Positions 43,402 through 51,560 of a DNA stretch of 64,000 nt are shown here, piece after piece (within the stretch, counting starts at the first letter, position 1; each line of letters opens with the position of its first letter). The DNA is taken from contig OY970178.1 of NCBI GenBank assembly GCA_963707915.1, positions 928,001 to 992,000 of the forward strand, read 5' to 3'. The notes under the pieces are model-generated. The model had not been told where the DNA came from. It saw only the letters and a program-made list of their open reading frames with translations, and did not search any database. A program made the translations under genes and the position numbers. The stretch is from Candidatus Eiseniibacteriota bacterium (GTDB taxonomy: Bacteria; Eisenbacteria; RBG-16-71-46).

Positions 43402-43663
43402 GGGACGCTCCTCCATCATGCGGTGGAACACCGTGGCGTCGCGGGAGCGCGGAACGCTGCCACATTCGCACCGAGTCGGCAAGGCCATCGCGGACGCCGG
43501 TGGATGCCAGGGCACCCATCGTCGGGGGCCTCGGCAAGCGGCTCCCGGCCTCCTCGTTCGGCTCAAGCCCACGCCCGTTCCTGCCGATGACCGTCTCAAT
43601 CAGGACCGGTCCCCGCCCGGGCGCCGGTCCGGCCGCAGTTCCCGGTTCCACCAGGAGAGCCCG

Positions 43664-44116
43664 ATGGCAAACGGCAACCGAGTCGTCGCCCACCTGACCG
43701 ACGGCAAGCTCATCAAGGGGACGACCCAGGACTTCTTCCCCAACCGCCCGCTGTTCCACATCGCGCTGACCGAGGGCGGGCTGCCCATCGAGGTGCGCAC
43801 GCGGCAGCTGAAGGCCATGTTCTTCGTCCGGGACTTCGCGGGCGATACGGCGCGCCGCGACGTCCGGGGATTCATCGCCGCCCCCGGCGAGACCGCCCAG
43901 GGCAAGAAGCTGGCCGTGCGGTTCAAGGACGGAGAGCTGCTCTGCGGCTACTCGCTGGCCTTCTCGCCGGACCGGGAGGGCTTCTTCATGTTCCCATCCG
44001 ACTCGGGTGCGAACAACCTGCGCGTCTACGTGGTGACCGCGGCCGCCGCGGAGGTCAGGGCGGGTCCGGCCGCCGAGGCGCTCGCCCAGCAGGTGCTCGG
44101 CGAGCAGGCCGCCTGA
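43664..44116 (+). CDS. DUF6982-like protein with internal two-fold repeat
   Basis: SD AGGAG. RVVAHLTDGKLIKGTTQDFFP and KLAVRFKDGELLCGYSLAFSP halves; LKAMFFVRDF. Confidence 0.7.
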   Translation: MANGNRVVAHLTDGKLIKGTTQDFFPNRPLFHIALTEGGLPIEVRTRQLKAMFFVRDFAGDTARRDVRGFIAAPGETAQGKKLAVRFKDGELLCGYSLAFSPDREGFFMFPSDSGANNLRVYVVTAAAAEVRAGPAAEALAQQVLGEQAA

Positions 44117-44290
44117 GCGGTTCGTCCGCTCCGCCGGTCGCGGCCCCGTAGCGCCCGGGCCGGGGTGGCGCGGCCGGGGCCCGGGCGACGGCCGAGCCAG
44201 CCAAGCCCCCTCAGCTTGCGGGACGAAGGGCATCTCGGCTACATTCACGGTCTTCACCGTGACAGGACGCCTCTGACTCCCGGGAGAACC

Positions 44291-44392
44291 ATGACCTCGT
44301 TCAAGCATCGCCTGCACCGCAAGAACGCCCGCAAGGCCGCGCGCAAGAAGGCCGCCAAGGCCAGCGCCGCGAAGAAGTCCCCCCGCCGCTGA
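44291..44392 (+). CDS. 33-aa highly basic small protein
   Basis: MTSFKHRLHRKNARKAARKKAAKASAAKKSPRR. SD GGGAGA, upstream TTGCGG-N18-TACATT, downstream hairpin AGAAGTCCCC...GGGGACTTCT. Confidence 0.6.
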   Translation: MTSFKHRLHRKNARKAARKKAAKASAAKKSPRR

Positions 44393-44506
44393 TTCGCGAC
44401 GAGGGGACTTCTCGTCTCCTCCCAGGGCCCCCTGCCACATGGCGGTGAGGGGCCTGCTTCATGCCTCCCGCCGGTGATCCGGATCGCGGGCGCCCCGTTC
44501 GCCGGG

Positions 44507-45337
44507 TCAGCGTCGGGCGGAGCGCAGCCAGCCGACGTAGGCCCAGAGCGCATCCTCGTCCCCGGGATCGAGGTGCCCCAGGAACGACGGCATCTTCAGC
44601 GTTGCGCGCCGCAGGAAGAAGCGGGCCCCGGCGTTTGAGGCGAAGCGCCGGCTGACGCCGTGCCCGACCCACTCGGTGAACTCGGTGCGGTCCCGGACCA
44701 ACCCGGGGAAGTCCGGCCCGTCCCACGATGGGACGTAGCCCCGCAACGAGCCGGGATTGGGGCGCTCGAGCCTGCCTCCCGCCCCGTGGCAGCCGACGCA
44801 TCCGAGGGCCCTGGCGCGTTGCAGGCCGAGCGACGCGAGGGAGTCGGCGGGCGCGGGGTCCCCGGCCGAAGCTTCCACGAAGGCGACCAGGTCATCGATC
44901 TGGCGGGGAGTCAGCCGGCGCTCGAAGGCCGGCATCCGCAACGCGCCCCGGTCGCGCTGCTCCCGCCACGTCGAACTCTTCGCCCGCGCGGCGGTCACGC
45001 CGTCCTCGATCCATTCGCGCACGGCGCCGCGGTCCTTCGCGTACATCATCACGTCACCGCCAAAATCGGGCACCGTGCCGTCGGCGCGGCCCGGGTTCGC
45101 CACCCCGCCACGCCCCTCGGGACCGTGGCAGGCGAAACAGCCGGTGCGTTCCGCGAGCCGGCGGCCGCGCTCCGCGGCGGTCGGGGCCACCGGCAGCAGG
45201 CCGCAGCCACCCAGGAGGAGAACGGCCAGCGTGACGACAGGCACGCTGGAGGCCCGCCCGCCGCGCCACGGGAAACGCGGGGAGCCGTCCGGCTCCCCGC
45301 GCCCTATGGCAAGCGGCCTATTTCGCCGCCCTGACAT
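44507..45337 (-). CDS. Di-heme c-type cytochrome (probable lipoprotein; start uncertain, possibly GTG 45244)
   Basis: Two CxxCH motifs (CFACH, CVGCH), each followed by NPG...VP and a distal MP(A/S)F. Lipobox-like LLLGGC. Confidence 0.85.
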   Translation of the reverse strand: MSGRRNRPLAIGRGEPDGSPRFPWRGGRASSVPVVTLAVLLLGGCGLLPVAPTAAERGRRLAERTGCFACHGPEGRGGVANPGRADGTVPDFGGDVMMYAKDRGAVREWIEDGVTAARAKSSTWREQRDRGALRMPAFERRLTPRQIDDLVAFVEASAGDPAPADSLASLGLQRARALGCVGCHGAGGRLERPNPGSLRGYVPSWDGPDFPGLVRDRTEFTEWVGHGVSRRFASNAGARFFLRRATLKMPSFLGHLDPGDEDALWAYVGWLRSARR

Positions 45338-45701
45338 CGGTCACGTCCAGGGCCACCATTCCGTTGCGCTGCACGACCGTCCCCGACGCCGCGACGGTCT
45401 CCGCCGCCATGGCCTTGCACTTGTTGAAGGCGTCCGGGTTGTCGTGGTTCATCGTCAGCAGGTAGAGCTTGCCCTCCGCCGTGAGCAGCCCGAACGGCAT
45501 GCCCTCCGAGAGGCACTTCGTCGCGCACGACTTGTGGTCCGCGCCCTTCGCGCCATGCCCCAGGTAGCACCCGAGGCACACGACTTCCCCCTTGAGGGTC
45601 ACCGTCTTGCCGGTCGGACTCGACGGATGCCCTGCAGCGAAGGCGGTCCCCGCGACCGTGCTCAATGCGACGATCGCGATGACGCCCAGCAGTCTCTTCA
45701 T
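45318..45701 (-). CDS. Small secreted Cys/His-motif protein (DUF5818-like OB fold)
   Basis: SD AAGGAG. Signal peptide. TLKGEVVCLGCYLGHG..DHKSCATKCLSEGMPFGLL. Confidence 0.65.
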   Translation of the reverse strand: MKRLLGVIAIVALSTVAGTAFAAGHPSSPTGKTVTLKGEVVCLGCYLGHGAKGADHKSCATKCLSEGMPFGLLTAEGKLYLLTMNHDNPDAFNKCKAMAAETVAASGTVVQRNGMVALDVTDVRAAK

Positions 45702-45914
45702 GGGATGACTCCTTCCTACGGGACCGAACGATTCGGCCGGCCTTCGGGCCGGTCGCCACGCACCCCATTGGATGCGCCGGCCCCCGGTCCGGTGCCGCCC
45801 CGGCGGCCCGCCACCCCGACCCGGACATGACGGCGCCCGCGTGCGGCCGCCCGAAGCGACGCGCCCGCCCCCGGAGGTCCGGGCGCGGGCGCGATCGGAA
45901 CGGCTCGCCGGCGG

Positions 45915-46643
45915 TCAGCTCAAGTCGAGGTACTTCAGGTCGAGCGGGACGAAGAGGCCGCCGCCCGGACCGCCGAACAGCTCGCCGCCGCGGCGCAGCG
46001 ACTCGGAGGGGATGTCCACCACCGGCACGTCGAGCTCCCCGGTGGCCGCGATCTTCGAGGTCGTCGGCAACGCGTAGCGCTCGCTGGCCAGGTAGTCCTC
46101 GAACTCGTCGAGGGTCCACGCGAAGAGCGCGTCCACTTCCCACATCAGGCGCACCTCCCGGCCCCGCGTCAGATCGGGCGGGTCGTCGGGGGCCGCGGGC
46201 ACGAGCGTGCCGACCGCGCAGCAGTCGCAGCCGAACCAGAACTCGAGCTCGCCCCTCAGCACCATGTTCTCGGCGATGCGCGCCTCGGTCGGGGCGTCCT
46301 TCCAAACGCTCATCAGGAGCTCGCTCAGCGCGAACTGGTAGCGCAGCAGGGCGCGGGGGTCGTCGTCGGCGGCGCCGCGCAACCCGGTCGCCAGCACGCG
46401 CAGGTTGCGGATCGCCTCGATGCGCACCCAGGGCGAGCGCCGGTCGCACAGCGCGTTCAGGTTCTTGAGCGTGCCGTCGAGCCGCTCGCGCACGACCACC
46501 AGCAGGTCCGCGAAGCTGCCCGCGTCCTTGTCGAGGAACTCGACGGTGCGACGCATCGCCTGGTTCAGCGGCAGGTACGCCGCGCGCAGCGTGCCCCAGT
46601 CCTCGGTCAGCCGCTGTTTCGCGATGACGTCCCAATCCGCCAT
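45915..46643 (-). CDS. Hypothetical cytoplasmic protein
   Basis: SD GGAGG before MADWDVIAK. Upstream -10 TATACT. Typical codon usage; FGCDCC motif. Confidence 0.7.
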   Translation of the reverse strand: MADWDVIAKQRLTEDWGTLRAAYLPLNQAMRRTVEFLDKDAGSFADLLVVVRERLDGTLKNLNALCDRRSPWVRIEAIRNLRVLATGLRGAADDDPRALLRYQFALSELLMSVWKDAPTEARIAENMVLRGELEFWFGCDCCAVGTLVPAAPDDPPDLTRGREVRLMWEVDALFAWTLDEFEDYLASERYALPTTSKIAATGELDVPVVDIPSESLRRGGELFGGPGGGLFVPLDLKYLDLS

Positions 46644-46815
46644 GGTGGATCCTCCCCTGCTCAGGATGCGCTGCGATCTCGTCGGCAGTATAGCGAAGGC
46701 TCGCCGCGGCGGTCCACCCGCCGCGCCGGTGGCGCCAGCGGAGCCGGGGCGCGTGCTATGCTGTGTCCGCTTCCCGTTCCGACCCACCCCCGTCCCATCC
46801 GCCCGGAGGAACGCC

Positions 46816-47934
46816 ATGCGCGACGCGCGCAACGCCCGGCTGGCCCAGGTCATCATCCACCATTCGACGCGGCTCCAGCCCGGCGAGGCCATCCTCATCG
46901 AGGCCTTCGACCTGCAGGGCGGGCTCGTGCACGACCTGGTGGAGGAGGCCTGCCGGGCGGGCGGAGTCCCGCTGGTCCAGCTCCGCGCCAACCCGGTCAT
47001 CCGCCAGGTGCTGGTGAGCGGCGGCGAGGCGCAGATCCGCCTGCAGGCCGAGGTCGAGCTCTTCCAGATGAAGAAGGTGCAGGCCTACGTCGGGCTGCGC
47101 GCCTCGGACAACGTCTCCGAGCTCGGCGACGTGCCCTCCGCGCAGCTCCAGCTCTACACCCGGCTCCTGCAGCAGCCGGTCCACCTCGACCAGCGGGTGA
47201 ACCACACCAAGTGGGTGGTGCTGCGCTACCCCACGCCCGCGATGGCCCAGCTCGCCGGCATGAGCACCGCGCGGTTCGAGGAGTTCTTCTACCGCGTCTG
47301 CACCCTGGACTACGGCCGCATGGCCGAGGCCATCGTGCCGCTCGCGGAGCGCATGCGGCGCACCGACCAGGTGCGCATCACCGGTCCCGGCACCGACCTG
47401 CGCTTCCGCATCCGCGGGATGGGCGTGATGCCGTGCGAGGGCCGCCGCAACCTCCCCGACGGGGAGTGCTACACCGCCCCGCTGCGCGACTCGGTCGAGG
47501 GCACCATCACCTACAACACCCCCTCGCTCTACCTCGGGACGACCTACGGCGGGATCTCCTTCACGTTCGAGGGCGGCCGGATCGTGAGGGCCAAGGGCGA
47601 CCCGCAGGACCGGCTGGACGCCCTGCTCGACACCGACGAGGGGGCGCGCTTCGTCGGGGAGTTCGCGCTGGGCTTCAACCCCTTCATCCTCGAGCCCATG
47701 AAGGACACGCTCTTCGACGAGAAGATCGCCGGCTCGCTCCACCTGACGCCGGGGCAGGCGTACAAGGCCGCGGACAACGGCAACCAGTCGCAGATCCACT
47801 GGGACCTGGTGCTCATCCAGCGGCCCGAGTACGGGGGCGGCGAGGTCCGGTTCGACGGGGAGCTGGTCCGCAAGGACGGCCGCTTCGTGCTGCCGGAGCT
47901 CGAGGGCCTGAACCCCGAGAGCCTCGGGACCTAG
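46816..47934 (+). CDS. M29 family aminopeptidase (AmpS/PepS-like)
   Basis: SD GGAGG. MRDARNARLA, WVVLRYPT, GTDLRF, NLPDGE, GEFALG, LFDEKIAGSLHLTPG, SQIHWD. Confidence 0.92.
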   Translation: MRDARNARLAQVIIHHSTRLQPGEAILIEAFDLQGGLVHDLVEEACRAGGVPLVQLRANPVIRQVLVSGGEAQIRLQAEVELFQMKKVQAYVGLRASDNVSELGDVPSAQLQLYTRLLQQPVHLDQRVNHTKWVVLRYPTPAMAQLAGMSTARFEEFFYRVCTLDYGRMAEAIVPLAERMRRTDQVRITGPGTDLRFRIRGMGVMPCEGRRNLPDGECYTAPLRDSVEGTITYNTPSLYLGTTYGGISFTFEGGRIVRAKGDPQDRLDALLDTDEGARFVGEFALGFNPFILEPMKDTLFDEKIAGSLHLTPGQAYKAADNGNQSQIHWDLVLIQRPEYGGGEVRFDGELVRKDGRFVLPELEGLNPESLGT

Positions 47935-47937
47935 CCG

Positions 47938-49881
47938 ATGATCCAGTTGCAGGGACTGCGCTACTCCATCGGCGAGCGCCTGCTCCTGGAGGACGTCGAC
48001 TGGGTCCTCTCCCCCGGCGACCGCTGCGCCCTGGTCGGGTCGAACGGCACCGGCAAGACCACGTTGCTGCGGCTCATGCTGGGCCAGCTCGTGCCCGACT
48101 CGGGGACGCGCGTGCTGGCCCGGGGCGCGCGCGTCGGCTACCTGCCCCAGGAGGCGGCCGAGCGCTACGACGGCACCGTGCTCGAGCGCGCCATGGAGGC
48201 GTACCACGGGTTGCTCGCCATGCGCGAGGAGCTGGACGCGCTGCACCAGCGGCTCGGCGGCATCGCCCCCGACGACCCGGCGCTCGAGCACCTGCTCGAG
48301 CGCACCGGCGAGCTCCAGCACCACCTCGAGCTGGCCGACGAGCACGCGCTGGAGCCGGAGGCGCGGCGCGTGCTCTCCGGGCTCGGCTTCTCGTTGCGCG
48401 ACCAGGACCGGCCGCTGGCGCGGTTCTCCGGCGGCTGGCGCATGCGCGCCGCGCTGGCCGCCCTGCTGCTGGCCGACCCCACGCTGCTGTTCCTCGACGA
48501 GCCCACCAACCACCTCGACCTGCCCGCGATGGAGTGGATGGAGGACTACCTCGAGGACTTCCACGGCGCGCTGGTCGCGGTCTCGCACGACCGCGTCTTC
48601 CTCGACCGCGTGGCCGACGAGGTGCGCGAGCTCGAGGCGGGCCACCTCACGGTCTTCGCCACCAACTTCACCGGCTACCTCGAGGAACGCGGGCTGCGGC
48701 GCGAGCGCATCGAGGCGCAGAACGAGCAGGTCGAGAAGAAGATCGCCCAGCTGTCGCGCTTCGTCGAGCGCTTCGGGGCCAAGAACACCAAGGCCAGCCA
48801 GGCGCAGAGCAAGCGCAAGCAGATCGAGCGGCTGCGGACGCAGCGCGTCGTGCTGCCGCGCCGGCCGCGCGGCATCCGCTTCCAGTTCCCCGCGCCCCCC
48901 CACTGCGGACGCACGCTGGTGCGCCTGCGCGGGGCGGCCTTCGGCTACGACGAGACCGACGTCTTCGCCGACGCCACCCTCGAGATCGAGCGCGGCGACA
49001 AGTTCGCCATCGTCGGCGCGAACGGCGCCGGCAAGACCACGCTGCTGCGCGTGCTGGCCGGACAGCTCGCGACCCGCCGCGGCGAGCGCGAGGCCGTTCT
49101 CCACACGCACATGGCCTACTTCGCCCAGCACGCCGCCGAGGCCCTCGACGGCTCGGACACCGTGCTCGATTCGCTCGACGCCATCGCGCCTCCGGAGTGG
49201 CGCCCACGCCTGCGCTCGCTGCTGGGCAACTTCCTGTTCAGCGGCGACGACGTGTTCAAGCTGGTGCGGGTCCTCTCCGGCGGGGAGCGCCAGCGGGTCG
49301 CGCTGGCGCGCACGCTGATGGAGCCCGCCAACCTGCTGCTGCTCGACGAGCCGACGCACCACCTCGACCTCGCCGGCAAGGAGGTGCTCGAGGACGCGCT
49401 GGTCCAGTACCCGGGCGCGCTGATCGTCGTCACCCACGACCGCTCGCTGATGGCGCGGGTCGCCACGCGGGTGATCGAGGTGAGCGACGGTCGCGTCACC
49501 CTCTACCCCGGCGGCTACGACGACTACGAGGCGGCGCGGCTGGCGCGCGCGGGGGCCGGGGCGAAGGCCCCGCCGTCGGCGAGCGAGGCTCCGGCCCACG
49601 GCGGGGCCCCTGCCGCCCCGGCGGCGAAGGAGGAGCGGCGCGGCGCGGCCGCGCACGAGCAGGCCCGCCGGGCGCAGGCGGTGGAGCGCAAGCGCACGCG
49701 GGAGGTCGAACGGATCGGGCACGACATCGAGGTCCGCGAGTCGAAGCTGCGAGAGCTGGAGGCCCAGCTCGCCGACCCGGACGTCTACCAGGACGGCGCC
49801 CGGGCCCGGGACCTGGTCACCCGCTACGAGCGGCTGCGGGCCGAAGTCGAATCGCTGTGGCAGCGGCTCGGCGAGTTGTGA
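47938..49881 (+). CDS. ABC-F family ATPase
   Basis: Two ABC domains (GSNGTGKTT / FSGGWRMR / LDEPTNHLD and GANGAGKTT / LSGGERQR / LDEPTHHLD), no TM segments, C-terminal coiled-coil. Confidence 0.95.
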   Translation: MIQLQGLRYSIGERLLLEDVDWVLSPGDRCALVGSNGTGKTTLLRLMLGQLVPDSGTRVLARGARVGYLPQEAAERYDGTVLERAMEAYHGLLAMREELDALHQRLGGIAPDDPALEHLLERTGELQHHLELADEHALEPEARRVLSGLGFSLRDQDRPLARFSGGWRMRAALAALLLADPTLLFLDEPTNHLDLPAMEWMEDYLEDFHGALVAVSHDRVFLDRVADEVRELEAGHLTVFATNFTGYLEERGLRRERIEAQNEQVEKKIAQLSRFVERFGAKNTKASQAQSKRKQIERLRTQRVVLPRRPRGIRFQFPAPPHCGRTLVRLRGAAFGYDETDVFADATLEIERGDKFAIVGANGAGKTTLLRVLAGQLATRRGEREAVLHTHMAYFAQHAAEALDGSDTVLDSLDAIAPPEWRPRLRSLLGNFLFSGDDVFKLVRVLSGGERQRVALARTLMEPANLLLLDEPTHHLDLAGKEVLEDALVQYPGALIVVTHDRSLMARVATRVIEVSDGRVTLYPGGYDDYEAARLARAGAGAKAPPSASEAPAHGGAPAAPAAKEERRGAAAHEQARRAQAVERKRTREVERIGHDIEVRESKLRELEAQLADPDVYQDGARARDLVTRYERLRAEVESLWQRLGEL

Positions 49882-49940
49882 CGGTGCGGCGCTCGTCCGG
49901 CGGGCCGGCACGTCCGGCGCGGGCCCGTGAATCGTCCGGG

Positions 49941-50690
49941 CTAGGGACCGCCCTGCACGATCCAGCGCACGAGAACGGTGGTCACCACGGCCCAGGACAC
50001 GCTCGCCAGGGAGCCCACGAGGTAGTACTCGGACAGTTCCCGGCCCCCGCCCTCCCGCGACTCGGGTAGCCGGAGGATGGCCTTCGCGGCGATCACGAGT
50101 CCTACGAGGGCTTCGAACCGCAGCAGGATCGCGACGAACACCAGGGTGCGCTCGAGCAGGCCGATCGCGCGCCCCGCGCTCAACAGACCGGGTCGCGGCT
50201 GCTTCAGCAGGTCCTCGAGATGCGGGGTCAGCGGTCCCACGACACGCCCGACGACCACCGCCCCCGCCCACACGCAGGTGATGAACCCGGCCACCAGGGC
50301 GTAGACCCGGACATCCATCCCGGCACGTGCCAGGAGCGCCGGCAGCTCCGCCGCCGCACCGGGGGTCACCCAGACGGAGACCAGGCCGAACGCGGCCAGG
50401 TGAGCGGACTGGTCGATGACCAGGGTCCGGAGGGAGCGGGTCGCGAAGCGGCTCGTCATCCAATCGAGGAGGGCGTGCGCGGCAAGGACCAGCGCGCAGC
50501 CCCACCACAGGACCGGGGTCGGCGGAGTCGTGGCGACGACGATCGCGAGCAGGAGGACCAGGTGGATCGCCAGGTGGAGGGCGAGCGGGCCGGGCCGGTG
50601 CTTCTCCTGCGCCTGCCCGCGGGTCTGCAGGAGGAAGTCCCCGATCAAATGGGCGGTCAGGAACTTCAGGAACGCGAGCAGGAGCGTCAT
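49941..50690 (-). CDS. DUF3307-family membrane protein
   Basis: AHLIGDFLLQ, HLAIH, HALLD, DQSAH, then GRAIGLLER...AAKAILR...SEYYLVGSLAS. ATGA-coupled to satD. Confidence 0.88.
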   Translation of the reverse strand: MTLLLAFLKFLTAHLIGDFLLQTRGQAQEKHRPGPLALHLAIHLVLLLAIVVATTPPTPVLWWGCALVLAAHALLDWMTSRFATRSLRTLVIDQSAHLAAFGLVSVWVTPGAAAELPALLARAGMDVRVYALVAGFITCVWAGAVVVGRVVGPLTPHLEDLLKQPRPGLLSAGRAIGLLERTLVFVAILLRFEALVGLVIAAKAILRLPESREGGGRELSEYYLVGSLASVSWAVVTTVLVRWIVQGGP

Positions 50691-51424
50691 CGCGTTCGCC
50701 TTCCCGGGCGCGAAACCCCGGATTCAACCTTGAGGGGTTGAGCGGGCCCGCGGGCCGCGTCGCCCGCGTCGCCCCGGGAGGGCATTCCCCCGCTCGAGGA
50801 CTCCAGCAGGCGCATCGCCCCCAGCGCCTCGTTCCAGGACGCGGCGCGCAGGCGCTTGGAGACGGACTGGAACGTGACGCCGCTGCGGCGGGCGATGTCG
50901 TCCATGCCACGCGTCTCGAGGCGCCCGGCCACCGCTTCCCACTGTGCCGGCGTCCAGCGGTTCATGATCGCGTCCAGCAGGGGCAACATCGAACCCGCCC
51001 AGCGGTCGAACAGGGGATCACCGGTGACCCAGCCCGTCAGGCGGCCGGCCTTCAGCCCTTCGATCGCGGCACGCGCGCGATGGAAGGCCTCCCCCTCGGA
51101 GGCAAACGGACCCTTGGGACTCATCCGGACGATGCGCCCCGCGCCGAGGCCGACCCTCAGCCGCATCCGCCGGCCTTCGCGCCCCGCCAGTTGGGCTCGC
51201 AGGTACGTCAGGATGGTCAGCGCCGGGGCATCGGGGCGCAGGACCGCCTGCATCTCGTCGCCCTTCAGCACCTGGGGACCCAGGCGGAAGTGCCCTCGGT
51301 GGACGTGCAGGGTGCGGTCGATCGCCCTGGCCAGGGCCCGGTCCGCGCCTGCGCGATCCGCCGTGGGGATACTGCGCGAGGACACCAGGTCGGCAATGAA
51401 CACCTGCCATCGAGGGTTCTGCAT
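50687..51424 (-). CDS. satD: SatD family protein (cyclase-like palm domain plus C-terminal HTH)
   Basis: FIADLVSSR, KGDEMQAV, LRVGLGAG, EGEAFHRARAAIE, WTPAQ, and HTH MDDIARRSGVTFQSVSKRL. SD AGGAGG 7 nt before ATG 51424. Confidence 0.85.
   Translation of the reverse strand: MQNPRWQVFIADLVSSRSIPTADRAGADRALARAIDRTLHVHRGHFRLGPQVLKGDEMQAVLRPDAPALTILTYLRAQLAGREGRRMRLRVGLGAGRIVRMSPKGPFASEGEAFHRARAAIEGLKAGRLTGWVTGDPLFDRWAGSMLPLLDAIMNRWTPAQWEAVAGRLETRGMDDIARRSGVTFQSVSKRLRAASWNEALGAMRLLESSSGGMPSRGDAGDAARGPAQPLKVESGVSRPGRRTR
50721..50742. promoter_or_regulatory. Palindromic operator-like site 1 (TCAACC-N6-GGTTGA)
   Basis: gatTCAACCttgaggGGTTGAg, in the satD 3' tail about 30 nt before the DUF3307 start. 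Confidence 0.65.
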
Positions 51425-51426
51425 CA

Positions 51427-51448
51427 CTCAACCTCCTAGGGTTGAATC
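51427..51448. promoter_or_regulatory. Palindromic operator-like site 2 overlapping the satD SD
   Basis: cTCAACCtcctagGGTTGAatc. The minus-strand AGGAGG lies in the spacer and stem. Confidence 0.7.
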
Positions 51449-51450
51449 TA

Positions 51451-51478
51451 CATATTCAACCTTCTGGGGCTGAATGTG
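51451..51478. promoter_or_regulatory. Palindromic operator-like site 3 overlapping the satD -10 box and predicted TSS
   Basis: catatTCAACCttctggGGCTGAatgtg, a near-perfect 28-bp dyad. Confidence 0.65.
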
Positions 51479-51501
51479 CCACCCTCCGGCGGGCCTGTCA
51501 A
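51473..51501 (-). promoter_or_regulatory. Sigma70 promoter of satD-DUF3307
   Basis: Minus strand: perfect TTGACA (51501-51496), 17 nt ending in TGG, then CACATT (51478-51473). Confidence 0.6.
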
Positions 51502-51523
51502 GGGTTCCTGCCGGCCGTGCGGA

Positions 51524-51553
51524 TTGACGTCCCCGCACCCGCCGGGATAGTCT
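51524..51553 (+). promoter_or_regulatory. Sigma70 promoter, probably leaderless, for the BMC-T gene
   Basis: TTGACG-N18-TAGTCT, 7 nt before ATG 51561, no SD. Confidence 0.6.
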
Positions 51554-51560
51554 CCGTTTC

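Noticed and set aside
46756..50910. 1384-aa minus-strand ORF and 1103-aa alternate-frame plus ORF
   Set aside because: They overlap the well-supported M29 and ABC-F genes and have no recognisable domains.
50721..51448. satD as an IS/MITE or invertible segment bounded by inverted repeats
   Set aside because: No transposase or recombinase nearby and no target-site duplication. One repeat lies inside the satD reading frame, and a third copy on the promoter fits operators better. Not formally excluded without read-orientation data.
51428..51478. Mini-CRISPR array from the palindromic repeats
   Set aside because: Only two adjacent copies 10 nt apart with variable centres, no spacer-sized gaps and no cas genes.
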